From positions 1-59,354 of the forward strand of contig CAJTNW010000006.1 in the NCBI GenBank assembly GCA_910577795.1: 59,354 nucleotides of DNA, given 5' to 3'. Positions 28,671 to 38,085 of this stretch are shown here, one piece after another; within the stretch, counting starts at the first letter, position 1; each line of letters starts with the position of its first letter. The notes beneath the pieces are model-generated. The model saw only the letters and a program-made list of their open reading frames with translations, made no database searches and was not told where the DNA came from. The stretch comes from an uncultured Christensenella sp. GTDB taxonomy: Bacteria > Bacillota > Clostridia > Christensenellales > UBA3700. Both the position numbers and the translations under genes were made by a program.

Positions 28671-28701
28671 TTTGCTTAATAACATTATTTAATATTAATT
28701 A

Positions 28702-29208
28702 TTATACCATTTCTATAATAACCATTTCTGCAGCATCGCCACGTCTAGCACCTAGTTTAATAATTCTAGTATAGCCACCGCCTTGACCTAACTCTTCTTT
28801 TCTTCCTACATATTTTGGAGCATACTCATTAAACACTTTTTCAATTAGTGGGTGTTTAATATCACGAGTTCTCTCTTTATAAGCAGTTTTAGACTCTTTA
28901 GCGCCTTGAGGCTCTTGAATATCACGCAAGAAAGACATCATTTGTCTTCTAGCATTCAATTTCTTTTTGCCATCATTTTTAAATTCAACAGCAACTTTTT
29001 CGCCCTTAGCATCAGTTTTAGTCTTAGTAGTAGTAACTATATCATCATAACTCTTAATGCCTAGAGTAACCATTTTTTCTGCAAGTCTTTTAACTTCCTT
29101 TGCTCTATCTACAGTAGTCTCAATACGACCATACCATAATAATTCAGAAACTTGGTTACGCAACATGTGCATTCTTTGGTCAGTACGTTTTCCTAGTTTT
29201 CTTGCCAT
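28702..29208 (-). CDS. rplQ: 50S ribosomal protein L17 (long form with internal insertions)
   Basis: [19 protein letters not shown]... ...[26 protein letters not shown]. 168 aa. Confidence 0.95.
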   Translation of the reverse strand: MARKLGKRTDQRMHMLRNQVSELLWYGRIETTVDRAKEVKRLAEKMVTLGIKSYDDIVTTTKTKTDAKGEKVAVEFKNDGKKKLNARRQMMSFLRDIQEPQGAKESKTAYKERTRDIKHPLIEKVFNEYAPKYVGRKEELGQGGGYTRIIKLGARRGDAAEMVIIEMV

Positions 29209-29220
29209 TTTTTTATCTCC

Positions 29221-30168
29221 TTACTCGTCCTTACTTTGTAGTTCAAATCCTAATTCGTGAATTTTCTTCATAACTTCGTCAAGTGATTTCTTACCTAGGT
29301 TTCTAACCTTAAGCATATCGTCCTCTGACTTTTGAATTAAGTCTTGAACAGTATTGATACCCGCTCTCTTTAAGCAGTTGTATGACCTTACTGACAAATC
29401 CAAATCATCAATAGCCATTTCTAATACTTTTGTTTGCTTTTCGTCATCTTGTTTTAAAAGATTTTTATCAGCCATATTATCTACAAGACCAATAAACAAA
29501 CCTAATAAATCATTAATGATTTTAGCACTCAAACTAATAACTTCATGAGGTGATGCAGTACCATCAGTAACCACATCTATTGTCAATTTATCATAGTTTA
29601 TATCTTGTCCAACACGTGCTGGTTCAACAAAATAACTTGCTCTTTCAACAGGAGTATAGATAGAATCAACAGGTATGTAACCTAAAGGTTGCTCCTCATC
29701 TTTATTCATGTTAGCAGAAACATAACCTCTACCAACTCCAACATTAATTTCCATATTCAATTTTGCGCCATTTTCTAATGTGCAAATATACATATCAGGA
29801 TTTAAAATATCAATATCTGAACTATGCTCGATATCTCCAGCAGTAACAATACCTGCAGTATCCTTTTTAATATACATTAATTGTTTGAAATCTTTGTCTT
29901 CTGTATGAGCCTTAATAGCAAGTCCTTTGATGTTTAAAATAATCTCTGAAACATCTTCTTTTACACCTGGGATAGTAGAAAACTCGTGTTTTACGCCATC
30001 AATACGAACTCCAACTGGTGCAGCACCAGGAAGTGAGCCCAAAAGCACACGACGAAGTGCATTGCCTAATGTAGTTCCAAAACTTCTCTCAAGAGGCTCT
30101 ACGACAAAACGTGCCTCTTTAGCATTAAGACTATCTACTTCAATCTTCGGCTTAGTAATTTCTATCAT
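29221..30168 (-). CDS. rpoA: DNA-directed RNA polymerase subunit alpha
   Basis: 315 aa, ...VEPLERSFGTTLGNALRRVLL...LDLSVRSYNCLKRAGI. Confidence 0.97.
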   Translation of the reverse strand: MIEITKPKIEVDSLNAKEARFVVEPLERSFGTTLGNALRRVLLGSLPGAAPVGVRIDGVKHEFSTIPGVKEDVSEIILNIKGLAIKAHTEDKDFKQLMYIKKDTAGIVTAGDIEHSSDIDILNPDMYICTLENGAKLNMEINVGVGRGYVSANMNKDEEQPLGYIPVDSIYTPVERASYFVEPARVGQDINYDKLTIDVVTDGTASPHEVISLSAKIINDLLGLFIGLVDNMADKNLLKQDDEKQTKVLEMAIDDLDLSVRSYNCLKRAGINTVQDLIQKSEDDMLKVRNLGKKSLDEVMKKIHELGFELQSKDE

Positions 30169-30197
30169 TAAATCATCCTCCTATTTTGGATTTAATC

Positions 30198-30821
30198 TTA
30201 CTTAGAATACAACTCAACAATTAAGTGTTCTTCTATAGCAATGTCTAGACCTTCTCTTGTAGGAAGTTCTAATACTTTACCAGTTAAAGTTGCATTATCA
30301 AACTCTAACCAACTTGGTAAATTTTCTGTCTTACCTGCTTTAATGTCAGCAAATAAAGTTTTATCTACCTTGTTTTCTTTAACAGCAATAATATCTCCTG
30401 CTTTAACTAAATAAGATGGAATGTTAACCCTTGAACCATTAACAGTAATATGACCATGGTTAACGATTTGTCTTGCATGAGCACGGCTCAAGCCAAGTCC
30501 TAATCTGAAAACAACATTATCAAGTCTTCTCTCAAGAAGAACCAACATATTGTCACCAGTTACACCACGCATTTTTTCAGCCATATCATAATAGCCTCTA
30601 AATTGCTTTTCACATAAGCCATAAATTCTTTTAGTTTTTTGTTTTTCACGTAATTGTACACTATATCCTGTAGGTTTCTTTCTTGCAGTACCATGTTGAC
30701 CTGGAGCGGTAGGACGCTTCACAACAGCACATTTATCAGAATAACATTTATCACCTTTAAGATATAATTTGCATCCTTCTCTTCTGCACAAACGGCAGTC
30801 AGCACCTGTATATTTAGCCAT
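30198..30821 (-). CDS. rpsD: 30S ribosomal protein S4
   Basis: [16 protein letters not shown]... The ATG at 30821 lies 7 nt after AGGAGG. The ORF-track extension overlaps rpsK. Confidence 0.96.
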   Translation of the reverse strand: MAKYTGADCRLCRREGCKLYLKGDKCYSDKCAVVKRPTAPGQHGTARKKPTGYSVQLREKQKTKRIYGLCEKQFRGYYDMAEKMRGVTGDNMLVLLERRLDNVVFRLGLGLSRAHARQIVNHGHITVNGSRVNIPSYLVKAGDIIAVKENKVDKTLFADIKAGKTENLPSWLEFDNATLTGKVLELPTREGLDIAIEEHLIVELYSK

Positions 30822-30832
30822 TTCTCTACCTC

Positions 30833-31228
30833 CTATAATCTTCTGCGTTTTGGTGGACGGCATCCATTGTGTGGAATAGGTGAAACATCTTTAATCATTG
30901 TAACAGCAATGTCCACAACTTGCAAAGCACGAATAGCAGACTCACGTCCTGCACCCGGACCTTTTACATATACTTCAACACTCTTTAAACCTGTCAAATC
31001 TTTAGCAATTTTAGCAGCATCTTCTGCAACCATTTGCGCAGCAAATGGAGTGCTCTTCTTTGAGCCTCTTAGACCCAACTTGCCAGAACTTGACCAAGAA
31101 ATTGTATTTCCTTTTTCATCAGTAAAGGTAACAAGAGTATTGTTAAAAGATGATTGAATATAACAACGACCTTTGTCTACGCGCTTTACGTCACGTCTTT
31201 TTCTTACAGCCTTTTTATTAGCAGCCAT
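30833..31228 (-). CDS. rpsK: 30S ribosomal protein S11
   Basis: 131 aa, ...[16 protein letters not shown]...SSG...[11 protein letters not shown]. Confidence 0.97.
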   Translation of the reverse strand: MAANKKAVRKRRDVKRVDKGRCYIQSSFNNTLVTFTDEKGNTISWSSSGKLGLRGSKKSTPFAAQMVAEDAAKIAKDLTGLKSVEVYVKGPGAGRESAIRALQVVDIAVTMIKDVSPIPHNGCRPPKRRRL

Positions 31229-31242
31229 TTCTCATTACCTCC

Positions 31243-31611
31243 TTATTTCTTCTTACGGCTAACAGTCTTCTTAGGACCTTTACGAGTACGAGCATTTTGC
31301 TTAGTACTTTGTCCACGAACTGGTAAACCTTTACGGTGTCTAACACCACGATAGCAACCAATTTCCATTAGTCGCTTAATGTTCAATTTTACTTCTCTTC
31401 TTAAATCACCTTCAACAGTAAGGTTCTTTTCAATGTAATCACGAATCGCACTTACTTCTTCTTCTGTTAAATCTTTAACTCTTTTGTCTGGATTAATGCC
31501 AGAAGCAGCCAAAATTTTGTTAGAAGTAACTCTACCTATACCATAGATATAAGTAAGACCGATTTCAACTCTTTTTTCACGCGGCAAATCTACGCCTGCA
31601 ATACGAGCCAT
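31243..31611 (-). CDS. rpsM: 30S ribosomal protein S13
   Basis: [26 protein letters not shown]..., 122 aa. Confidence 0.97.
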   Translation of the reverse strand: MARIAGVDLPREKRVEIGLTYIYGIGRVTSNKILAASGINPDKRVKDLTEEEVSAIRDYIEKNLTVEGDLRREVKLNIKRLMEIGCYRGVRHRKGLPVRGQSTKQNARTRKGPKKTVSRKKK

Positions 31612-31761
31612 TCAACTACCCTCCAAATTAAATTATAAATATTGTATAATACTTTATTTAACGTACTATAAGGAGAAAAGCATGTCTGATAATTTGGAAT
31701 GAGACATCTCTTCAGCCGCTCCTTTCACACGTAAAATTAACATTATAAAGCACTATTGCAA
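31612..31761 (-). promoter_or_regulatory. Structured 5' leader of rpsM-rpsK-rpsD-rpoA-rplQ (candidate autoregulatory r-protein leader)
   Basis: GC-enriched two-tier hairpin on the minus strand: AAGGAG..ATGTCT-loop-AGACAT..CTCCTT (about 31671-31727). It sits in an unusually long 213-nt rpmJ-rpsM spacer. Confidence 0.5.
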
Positions 31762-31767
31762 GTATTT

Positions 31768-31796
31768 ATTATATCATACTCGCAATAATTAATCAA
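31768..31796 (-). promoter_or_regulatory. Internal sigma-A-type promoter ahead of rpsM
   Basis: Minus strand TTGATT (31796-31791), 17 nt, TATAAT (31773-31768) with an extended TGa. Confidence 0.6.
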
Positions 31797-31824
31797 GCAA
31801 AATTTAGGTAATTTTTACAAAAAA

Positions 31825-31941
31825 TTAACCTTGTTTTTGTTTATGTTTCTTATATTTGCTGCAAATAACCATAACTTGACCATTTCTTTTGATTACTCTG
31901 CATTTGTCGCACATTGGCTTAACTGATGGTCTAACTTTCAT
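31825..31941 (-). CDS. rpmJ: 50S ribosomal protein L36
   Basis: Not in the ORF track (below 60 aa). The minus strand translates to [38 protein letters not shown]. Confidence 0.95.
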   Translation of the reverse strand: MKVRPSVKPMCDKCRVIKRNGQVMVICSKYKKHKQKQG

Positions 31942-31956
31942 TGTTTTATCCTCCAA

Positions 31957-32178
31957 CTAATTCTTATTACGCCATACTATTCTACCTTTTGTCAAATCGT
32001 ACGGACTAAGTTCCACTTTTACTGTATCGCCTTCCAATATTTTAATATAGTTTTTTCTAAGTTTACCAGACAAATAAGTTGTAATAACAAATCCATTTGT
32101 AAGTTCAACCTTAAAATTTGTATTTGGCAATACTTCAACTACTTTACCTTCGGCCTCTATTACATCTTCCTTAGACAT
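31957..32178 (-). CDS. infA: Translation initiation factor IF-1
   Basis: [26 protein letters not shown]...GRIVWR. ATG at 32178 with a GGAGGG RBS. Confidence 0.96.
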   Translation of the reverse strand: MSKEDVIEAEGKVVEVLPNTNFKVELTNGFVITTYLSGKLRKNYIKILEGDTVKVELSPYDLTKGRIVWRNKN

Positions 32179-32189
32179 AATACCCTCCA

Positions 32190-32462
32190 TTATTTTTTTA
32201 GCACTTCTTTAAGTGCCGTTTGAATGTTTTTGTTGTGAATCACTTTGTTTGATATTATTTTATCCGCAATATCCTCAAGCACCAAATATGTATCTTTAAT
32301 ATGCTTGATTTTTTTGCGTTTAGGTTTTTCTAAAGGTCTGTTTTTTCCATCACAAATCTTAACAAACTCCGCATTTTCCAACTCAACTACTACAAAATAA
32401 TTGCCACTGTCATGTCCTGCAGTAGACAATACCACTGAACCGACTTTGATATTGTTTTGCAT
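32190..32462 (-). CDS. KOW domain-containing RNA-binding protein (YbzG-like, L14E/L6E/L27E-like)
   Basis: 90 aa, [20 protein letters not shown]. Sits between map and infA, as in other Firmicutes. Confidence 0.7.
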   Translation of the reverse strand: MQNNIKVGSVVLSTAGHDSGNYFVVVELENAEFVKICDGKNRPLEKPKRKKIKHIKDTYLVLEDIADKIISNKVIHNKNIQTALKEVLKK

Positions 32463-32470
32463 AACAACTC

Positions 32471-33214
32471 CTATAAGGACAATATTTCATAACCATCTTC
32501 GGTTACAAGAACAGTATTTTCATAATGTGCTGAATACCCATCATCGTCAGTAACTACTGTCCATCCATCATCAAGTGCGGAAACTTCATAAGTCCCTTCG
32601 TTTATCATTGGTTCTATAGCAAGCGTCATATTTCGCTTTAATCTAAGACCTTTTCCTGCCTTTCCATAGTTTGGTATTTGAGGGTCCTCATGCATTTTGT
32701 TACCAATGCCGTGACCTACAAAATCTCTTACTACTGAAAAGCCATTACTTTCTGCAAAATTTTGTATGGCACTGCCAATATCTCCAAGCCTTGCACCTTC
32801 GCGAATAACTTTCATAGCCTCAAAAAAACTCTGTTCAGTTACCTCAATAAGTTTTTTATGCTTTTCAGATATCTTTCCAACAGCAAATGTTCTTGCTGCA
32901 TCGCTTTGCCAACCTTTATAAATAACACCACAATCTATACCAATAATGTCGCCTTCAGCCAATTTTCTTGAAGATGGGATACCATGTATCACTTGCTCGT
33001 TTACACTTGCACAAATTGATGCGGGAAATCCACCATACCCCAAAAAAGAAGGTTTTGCACCTCGACTTATTATATAATCATGTGCTAATTTATCCAATTC
33101 TTTTGTAGTGACTCCAACTTTGATATGTTCTGCAAGCATTTTTAAAGTATCCCCTAAAATTTTGCCTGCCTCACGCATAAGTTGTACTTCACTATCACTT
33201 TTTATTGTAATCAT
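32471..33214 (-). CDS. map: Methionine aminopeptidase, type I
   Basis: 247 aa, ...VIHGIP...GDIIGIDCG...HGIG...LAIEPM... metal-ligand motifs. Confidence 0.95.
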   Translation of the reverse strand: MITIKSDSEVQLMREAGKILGDTLKMLAEHIKVGVTTKELDKLAHDYIISRGAKPSFLGYGGFPASICASVNEQVIHGIPSSRKLAEGDIIGIDCGVIYKGWQSDAARTFAVGKISEKHKKLIEVTEQSFFEAMKVIREGARLGDIGSAIQNFAESNGFSVVRDFVGHGIGNKMHEDPQIPNYGKAGKGLRLKRNMTLAIEPMINEGTYEVSALDDGWTVVTDDDGYSAHYENTVLVTEDGYEILSL

Positions 33215-33824
33215 TAATCACCTTGGAAATCTGTTCAAAAACTTCATTCAATGGTTTGCCACCATCCACATCAACTACTAAGCCTTTTGCTGTATAGTAA
33301 TCAATAAGTGGTGCAGTTTGATTTTCGTATACTTGCATACGTTCTTTAACTGTTTCTTCCTTATCATCATCACGTTGATAAAGTTTACTACCGCATTTTG
33401 GGCAAGTATCACCAATTCCCATACTAATATGATAACTCTCACCACAAGCACACATTCTTCTTCCTGTAATACGATTTACTATTAATGCGGGGTCAACTGC
33501 AATGTTAATAACTGCATCAATTTTAGTTACTTTATCCAAAGCCTCTGCTTGAGGGCAAGTTCTTGGGAAACCATCTAAAATAAAACCATTTTTACAGTCT
33601 GCTTGTTGTAATCTGTCTTTTACAATATTAATTACTACTTCGTCCGGAACTAACTTGCCAGCATCAATATAAGATTTAGCCTCTATGCCAAGTTTTGTAC
33701 CTTCTTTGATATTTTTTCTTAAAATATCACCTGTTGAAATATGTGGCAAATTGTATTTATCACTTATTCTTGTTGCTTGTGTACCTTTGCCTGCACCAGG
33801 AGCACCAAGTAAAATTAATTTCAT
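33195..33824 (-). CDS. adk: Adenylate kinase (zinc-lid form)
   Basis: MKLILLGAPGAGKGTQ, with lid CACG...CPKCG. Confidence 0.96.
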   Translation of the reverse strand: MKLILLGAPGAGKGTQATRISDKYNLPHISTGDILRKNIKEGTKLGIEAKSYIDAGKLVPDEVVINIVKDRLQQADCKNGFILDGFPRTCPQAEALDKVTKIDAVINIAVDPALIVNRITGRRMCACGESYHISMGIGDTCPKCGSKLYQRDDDKEETVKERMQVYENQTAPLIDYYTAKGLVVDVDGGKPLNEVFEQISKVINDYNKK

Positions 33825-33907
33825 ATTTACCTCTTAAATTACAAATAAATTTTAAATAAATAAAATATTTATCAATATATACAAAAATTCTCTAATACAA
33901 TAAATTC

Positions 33908-33944
33908 GCAGTTGCTGAAAATATATTCAATTTACAGCAACTTT
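33908..33944 (-). other. Hairpin in the secY-adk spacer (weak attenuator or processing site)
   Basis: GTTGCTG...CAGCAAC 7-bp stem with a 23-nt AT-rich loop, no clear U-tract, in a 131-nt spacer. Confidence 0.35.
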
Positions 33945-33955
33945 GAAAATACAAT

Positions 33956-35272
33956 TTATTTCAAGAAACCTTTGTAAGTTTTCATCATTATCTGAGATTC
34001 TAATTGTTTATTAGTCTCAAGTGCTACACTTACTACGATTAATAATCCTGTTGCACTAAAAGCATTTGTCAAACCTAATTCTGTAGGGATAACTGCTACC
34101 AAAACTGATGGTATCAATGCAATAATTGCAAGGAATATTGCACCAAACAATGTTATTCTGTTATTAATTTTAGCAAGATAATCACTTGTTGGCTTACCTG
34201 GTCTTATACCAGGAATAAATCCACCATATTGTTGTATATTTTTTGACACTTCAATTGGATTAAATTGAATTTGTGCATAGAAATATGAGAAGAACAATAT
34301 TAGTAATGTAATTACAATTATATAAGCCCAACTTCCTACACCAAGATATTTACTATACCAACCATAAAAATCACTATCTGGCCAGAAACTAGCAATCATT
34401 TGTGGGAACATTAAGAAAGATGATGCAAAAATGATAGGCATAACACCTGATGCATTAACTTTCATAGGAATGTTAGAAGTTTGTCCACCATACATTTTGT
34501 TGCCTTTAACTTGTTTAGCATAACGAACTGGAATTCTTCTTTCAGCCATATCAACATAAACAATAAACAAGAACAACAATACTACAAATACCATAAAACC
34601 AATAAAGTACCAAATACTACCCATTAATGCAGATGTATCGCCACTTTGGCTAGCCATAGTTTTGATGGCTGAAATAATTGAATTACCAATACCTGATAAA
34701 ATACCAATGAAAATTATCAAAGATGTACCATTACCAATACCATATTCAGTAATTCTTTCGCCTAACCACATAACAAATGTAGAGCCCGCTGTCAAAATAA
34801 TAACGGTCATTATTCTTGTAAGCCATTTATTTGCAACACCATTGCCAAATAAACCAACAAAATTATCACCCCAACTCATTACAAAGCCAAATGCTTGAAT
34901 AACTGCCAAACCTATAGCGACGTAACGTGTAATTTGAGTTATTTTCTTTCGTCCTTCCTCGCCCTCTTTACTCATTCTTTCTAACTTAGGAATGATTATA
35001 GTAATCAATTGCATAATGATAAATGAGTTAATAAAAGGCATGATACCCAAAGAAAAGATTGTTCCTTGACTACCAAATGTACCATTAATAGTTGCAATTA
35101 TACCAAAGAAACTGCCAGCATCTAAACTAGAATTGCTATTAATAGCATTTACGTCCAAACCCGGAATGGGAATAAACGCACCTAGTCTGAATATAGCAAG
35201 CATCAATAGTGTAAGAAGAATTCTTTTACGAATTTCTTTATCTCTAAAAGCATTTGCTATGGTTTTAAACAT
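33956..35272 (-). CDS. secY: Preprotein translocase subunit SecY
   Basis: 438 aa, 10 [24 protein letters not shown]... Confidence 0.96.
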   Translation of the reverse strand: MFKTIANAFRDKEIRKRILLTLLMLAIFRLGAFIPIPGLDVNAINSNSSLDAGSFFGIIATINGTFGSQGTIFSLGIMPFINSFIIMQLITIIIPKLERMSKEGEEGRKKITQITRYVAIGLAVIQAFGFVMSWGDNFVGLFGNGVANKWLTRIMTVIILTAGSTFVMWLGERITEYGIGNGTSLIIFIGILSGIGNSIISAIKTMASQSGDTSALMGSIWYFIGFMVFVVLLFLFIVYVDMAERRIPVRYAKQVKGNKMYGGQTSNIPMKVNASGVMPIIFASSFLMFPQMIASFWPDSDFYGWYSKYLGVGSWAYIIVITLLILFFSYFYAQIQFNPIEVSKNIQQYGGFIPGIRPGKPTSDYLAKINNRITLFGAIFLAIIALIPSVLVAVIPTELGLTNAFSATGLLIVVSVALETNKQLESQIMMKTYKGFLK

Positions 35273-35715
35273 TATAGCACCTCTGCTTTGCCACCTGCTT
35301 TTTCAATTATTTCTGCAGCTGACTTAGTGAATTTTTTTGCTTGAACTGTTAATTTTTTAGTCAAAGTTCCGTCACCCAAAACTTTAAGACCATAATTTTC
35401 TACTTTGCTTAAAACACCTACTTCTAAAAGAAGTTCAGCATTTACAACAGTACCGTCTTCAAATCTCTCTAAGTCCTTAACATTTACAATAGAATACTCT
35501 TTTGCAAAAATGTTAGTGAATCCTCTTTTAGGAATACGGCGAATTAAAGGCATTTGTCCGCCTTCAAAGCCAGGGCGAACACCGCCGCCGCTTCTAGCCC
35601 ATTGACCTTTATGACCTTTACCAGAAGTCTTACCTTTACCAGAACCAATACCTCTGCCTAGTCTTTTGCTCTCGGTTTTTGCCCCTGGAGCAGGAGCCAA
35701 ATTTTGAATATTCAT
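35272..35715 (-). CDS. rplO: 50S ribosomal protein L15
   Basis: [38 protein letters not shown]. Confidence 0.97.
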   Translation of the reverse strand: MNIQNLAPAPGAKTESKRLGRGIGSGKGKTSGKGHKGQWARSGGGVRPGFEGGQMPLIRRIPKRGFTNIFAKEYSIVNVKDLERFEDGTVVNAELLLEVGVLSKVENYGLKVLGDGTLTKKLTVQAKKFTKSAAEIIEKAGGKAEVL

Positions 35716-35728
35716 TTAATACCTCCGC

Positions 35729-35971
35729 TTAGCCTTGTGCCTCAGCATCAGCCTTAGTTGCTTTTGCTTTTTTTGCACTCTTCTTTTCCTCAACTTCTTC
35801 AATAGAAATCAAATGTTTAACAACTTTGATTTGACCTTGAAGACAAGGATTATCGTTGTGAATTTTGCTAGAACCGATTTTTGATAGTCCTAATGCCTCA
35901 ATAGTTGCTTTTTGCTTTTTAAGGCTTCCGATAGTGCTTTTAATAAGCGTAATTTTTAATTGTTTAGCCAT
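35729..35971 (-). CDS. rpmD: 50S ribosomal protein L30 (with Lys/Ala-rich C-terminal tail)
   Basis: MAKQLKITLIKSTIGS...GLSKIGSS... Has a roughly 20-aa extra tail EEKKSAKKAKATKADAEAQG. Confidence 0.93.
   Translation of the reverse strand: MAKQLKITLIKSTIGSLKKQKATIEALGLSKIGSSKIHNDNPCLQGQIKVVKHLISIEEVEEKKSAKKAKATKADAEAQG
35874..35887 (+). repeat. Copy of the polar motif CCGATTTTTGATAG inside rpmD
   Basis: Exact 14-mer. It encodes LSKIG on the minus strand. Confidence 0.85.
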
Positions 35972-35985
35972 TATTTTGCCCTCCG

Positions 35986-36516
35986 TTAGCGTTTAATTTC
36001 TTCAACTGTCTTACCACGTAGACTAGCAATTTGTTCAGCAGTTCTAAGACTTTTTAGTCCTTCCATAACTGCTTTTACACAGTTGATAGGATTATTTGTA
36101 CCAATACTCTTAGTTCTGATATCTTTAACACCAACAACCTCTAGTATAGAACGAACTGGACCACCAGCGATAACACCAGTACCTTCTTCTGCTGGCATCA
36201 TTACAACTTTACCACTACCATATTCACCAACAACTTCGTGAGGGATAGTAGTTCCAACAAGTTTTACGTTAATCATATTACGTTTAGCATCAGCAGTAGC
36301 CTTTTTAATTGCCTCTGGCACTTCTGCAGCCTTACCCATACCAATACCAACGTTACCATTACCGTCACCAACTGCAACTAATGCAGAAAGACGCATTGTT
36401 CTACCACCTTTAACAACTTTAGTAACTCTGTTAACAGCGATAAGTTTATTTAACATTCCATCGTCTTCTCTTTGGAATTTACTTCTCTTTTCTGACTTTT
36501 CATTTCTTTCAGCCAT
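35986..36516 (-). CDS. rpsE: 30S ribosomal protein S5
   Basis: 176 aa, ...[27 protein letters not shown]. Confidence 0.97.
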   Translation of the reverse strand: MAERNEKSEKRSKFQREDDGMLNKLIAVNRVTKVVKGGRTMRLSALVAVGDGNGNVGIGMGKAAEVPEAIKKATADAKRNMINVKLVGTTIPHEVVGEYGSGKVVMMPAEEGTGVIAGGPVRSILEVVGVKDIRTKSIGTNNPINCVKAVMEGLKSLRTAEQIASLRGKTVEEIKR

Positions 36517-36532
36517 TATCGTCTTCCTCCTC

Positions 36533-36901
36533 TTATAGTTTTAAGCCGGCACTTCTTGCACCGTCAGCAACACTTTGCACACGACCAGTATACAAATATC
36601 CACCTCTGTCAAATACAACTTCAGTGATACCTTTGTCCAATGCCTTTTTAGCAACAGTTTCGCCTATAAATTTAGCAGCCTCAACCTTAGTCATATCTTT
36701 AACTTTGCTTGCAACATCTTTATCCAAAGTAGAACAAGCAACTAAAGTATTACCAGCAACATCATCAATAAGTTGAACATAGATGTTATTTGTACTTCTG
36801 TATACATTAAAGCGAGGGCGCTCAGCAGTTCCTGAAACTTTGCCTCTTACTCTAATATGTCTTTTTTGTCTGATAGAGTTTTTATCAATTTTCTTAATCA
36901 T
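36533..36901 (-). CDS. rplR: 50S ribosomal protein L18
   Basis: 122 aa, ...[32 protein letters not shown]. Confidence 0.97.
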   Translation of the reverse strand: MIKKIDKNSIRQKRHIRVRGKVSGTAERPRFNVYRSTNNIYVQLIDDVAGNTLVACSTLDKDVASKVKDMTKVEAAKFIGETVAKKALDKGITEVVFDRGGYLYTGRVQSVADGARSAGLKL

Positions 36902-36913
36902 CTTCTACTCTCC

Positions 36914-37456
36914 TTATTTAGTGCTCTTCTTTGCTTCTTTTCTTGCAATAGTCTCGTCCTTATAACGAATACCATATACATGATAAGGGTCTGGCACTTT
37001 AATAACCTTGATATTAGCAGCAACTTGACCAACTTTTTCACGGCTGATGCCTTTTACTACGATTTCATTAGCATTTGGCACTTCAAAAGTAATTCCATCA
37101 CTCTCAACAACTTCAACTGGATGAGAATAACCGCAGTTGATAACGATTTTGTTACCTTGTTTTACAACTTTGTAACCTACACCATTAACAATAAGTGCTT
37201 TTTGGAAGCCTTTAGTTACACCTTCAACCATATTAGCAATAAGTTTACGATATAAACCATGCATTGCCTTATGCTCTTTTTGCTCATCATGTCTAGTTAC
37301 GTGCACCTCAGCACCATTAACTTCAACACTAATATTTTTATCAACCTTTTGGCTTAATTCGCCTAGAGGTCCTTTTACTATAACTACATTTTCTGCAGTA
37401 ACATTTACTGTAACTCCAGCAGGAATTACAACAGGAAGTCTACCAATTCTTGACAT
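36914..37456 (-). CDS. rplF: 50S ribosomal protein L6
   Basis: MSRIGRLPVVIPAGVTV..., 180 aa. Confidence 0.97.
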   Translation of the reverse strand: MSRIGRLPVVIPAGVTVNVTAENVVIVKGPLGELSQKVDKNISVEVNGAEVHVTRHDEQKEHKAMHGLYRKLIANMVEGVTKGFQKALIVNGVGYKVVKQGNKIVINCGYSHPVEVVESDGITFEVPNANEIVVKGISREKVGQVAANIKVIKVPDPYHVYGIRYKDETIARKEAKKSTK

Positions 37457-37471
37457 TATATCGCCCTCCTA

Positions 37472-37870
37472 TTACCAAATGTATGCTAGTACTTCGCCAC
37501 CAATGTGCTTTTCTCTAGCCTCTTTACAAGTCATAACACCTTGAGATGTAGAAATTATAGCAATTCCTAAACCACCCAAAACTTTAGGTAACTTGTCTGC
37601 TTCGCAGTAAACTCTAAGACCTGGTTTACTAATTCTTTTGATATTAGTAATAACCTTTTCACCTCTAGGGCCATACTTAAGAGTTACTTTTATATCCTTT
37701 TGTACTCCATCTTCAACTAATTCATAACCTTTAATATAACCCTCATCCAAAAGAATTTGAGCGATACTAGTTTTAATTTTTGAAGCAGGTACTTTTACTT
37801 CATCTTTTTTCGCAATCAACCCGTTACGTATACGAGTTAGCATATCAGCGATTGGGTCTGTTATATTCAT
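37472..37870 (-). CDS. rpsH: 30S ribosomal protein S8
   Basis: [17 protein letters not shown]..., 132 aa. Confidence 0.97.
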   Translation of the reverse strand: MNITDPIADMLTRIRNGLIAKKDEVKVPASKIKTSIAQILLDEGYIKGYELVEDGVQKDIKVTLKYGPRGEKVITNIKRISKPGLRVYCEADKLPKVLGGLGIAIISTSQGVMTCKEAREKHIGGEVLAYIW

Positions 37871-37886
37871 ATCCTATCTCCTCCTA

Positions 37887-38072
37887 TTACCAACTTGCTT
37901 TCTTTACGCCAGGTATTTCGCCCTTGTAAGCAAGTTCTCTGAAGCAAATTCTACAAATGCCGTATTTTCTCAAAACTGCGTGTGGTCTTCCACAAATCTT
38001 ACAACGAGTGTATGCTCTTGTAGAATACTTAGGTGTACGCTGTTGCTTATTTATCATAGCCTTTTTTGCCAT
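37887..38072 (-). CDS. rpsN: 30S ribosomal protein S14 type Z (zinc-binding)
   Basis: 61 aa, [20 protein letters not shown]. Confidence 0.96.
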   Translation of the reverse strand: MAKKAMINKQQRTPKYSTRAYTRCKICGRPHAVLRKYGICRICFRELAYKGEIPGVKKASW

Positions 38073-38085
38073 TTGTCAATCCTCC

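Noticed and set aside
31682-31702. Mini-ORF MSDNLE* with a perfect AAGGAG RBS on the + strand inside the rpsM leader
   Set aside because: The apparent RBS and ATG are the complement of the leader hairpin arms (CTCCTT/AAGGAG). At 6 codons and antisense to a highly transcribed operon, it is most likely a by-product of the hairpin.
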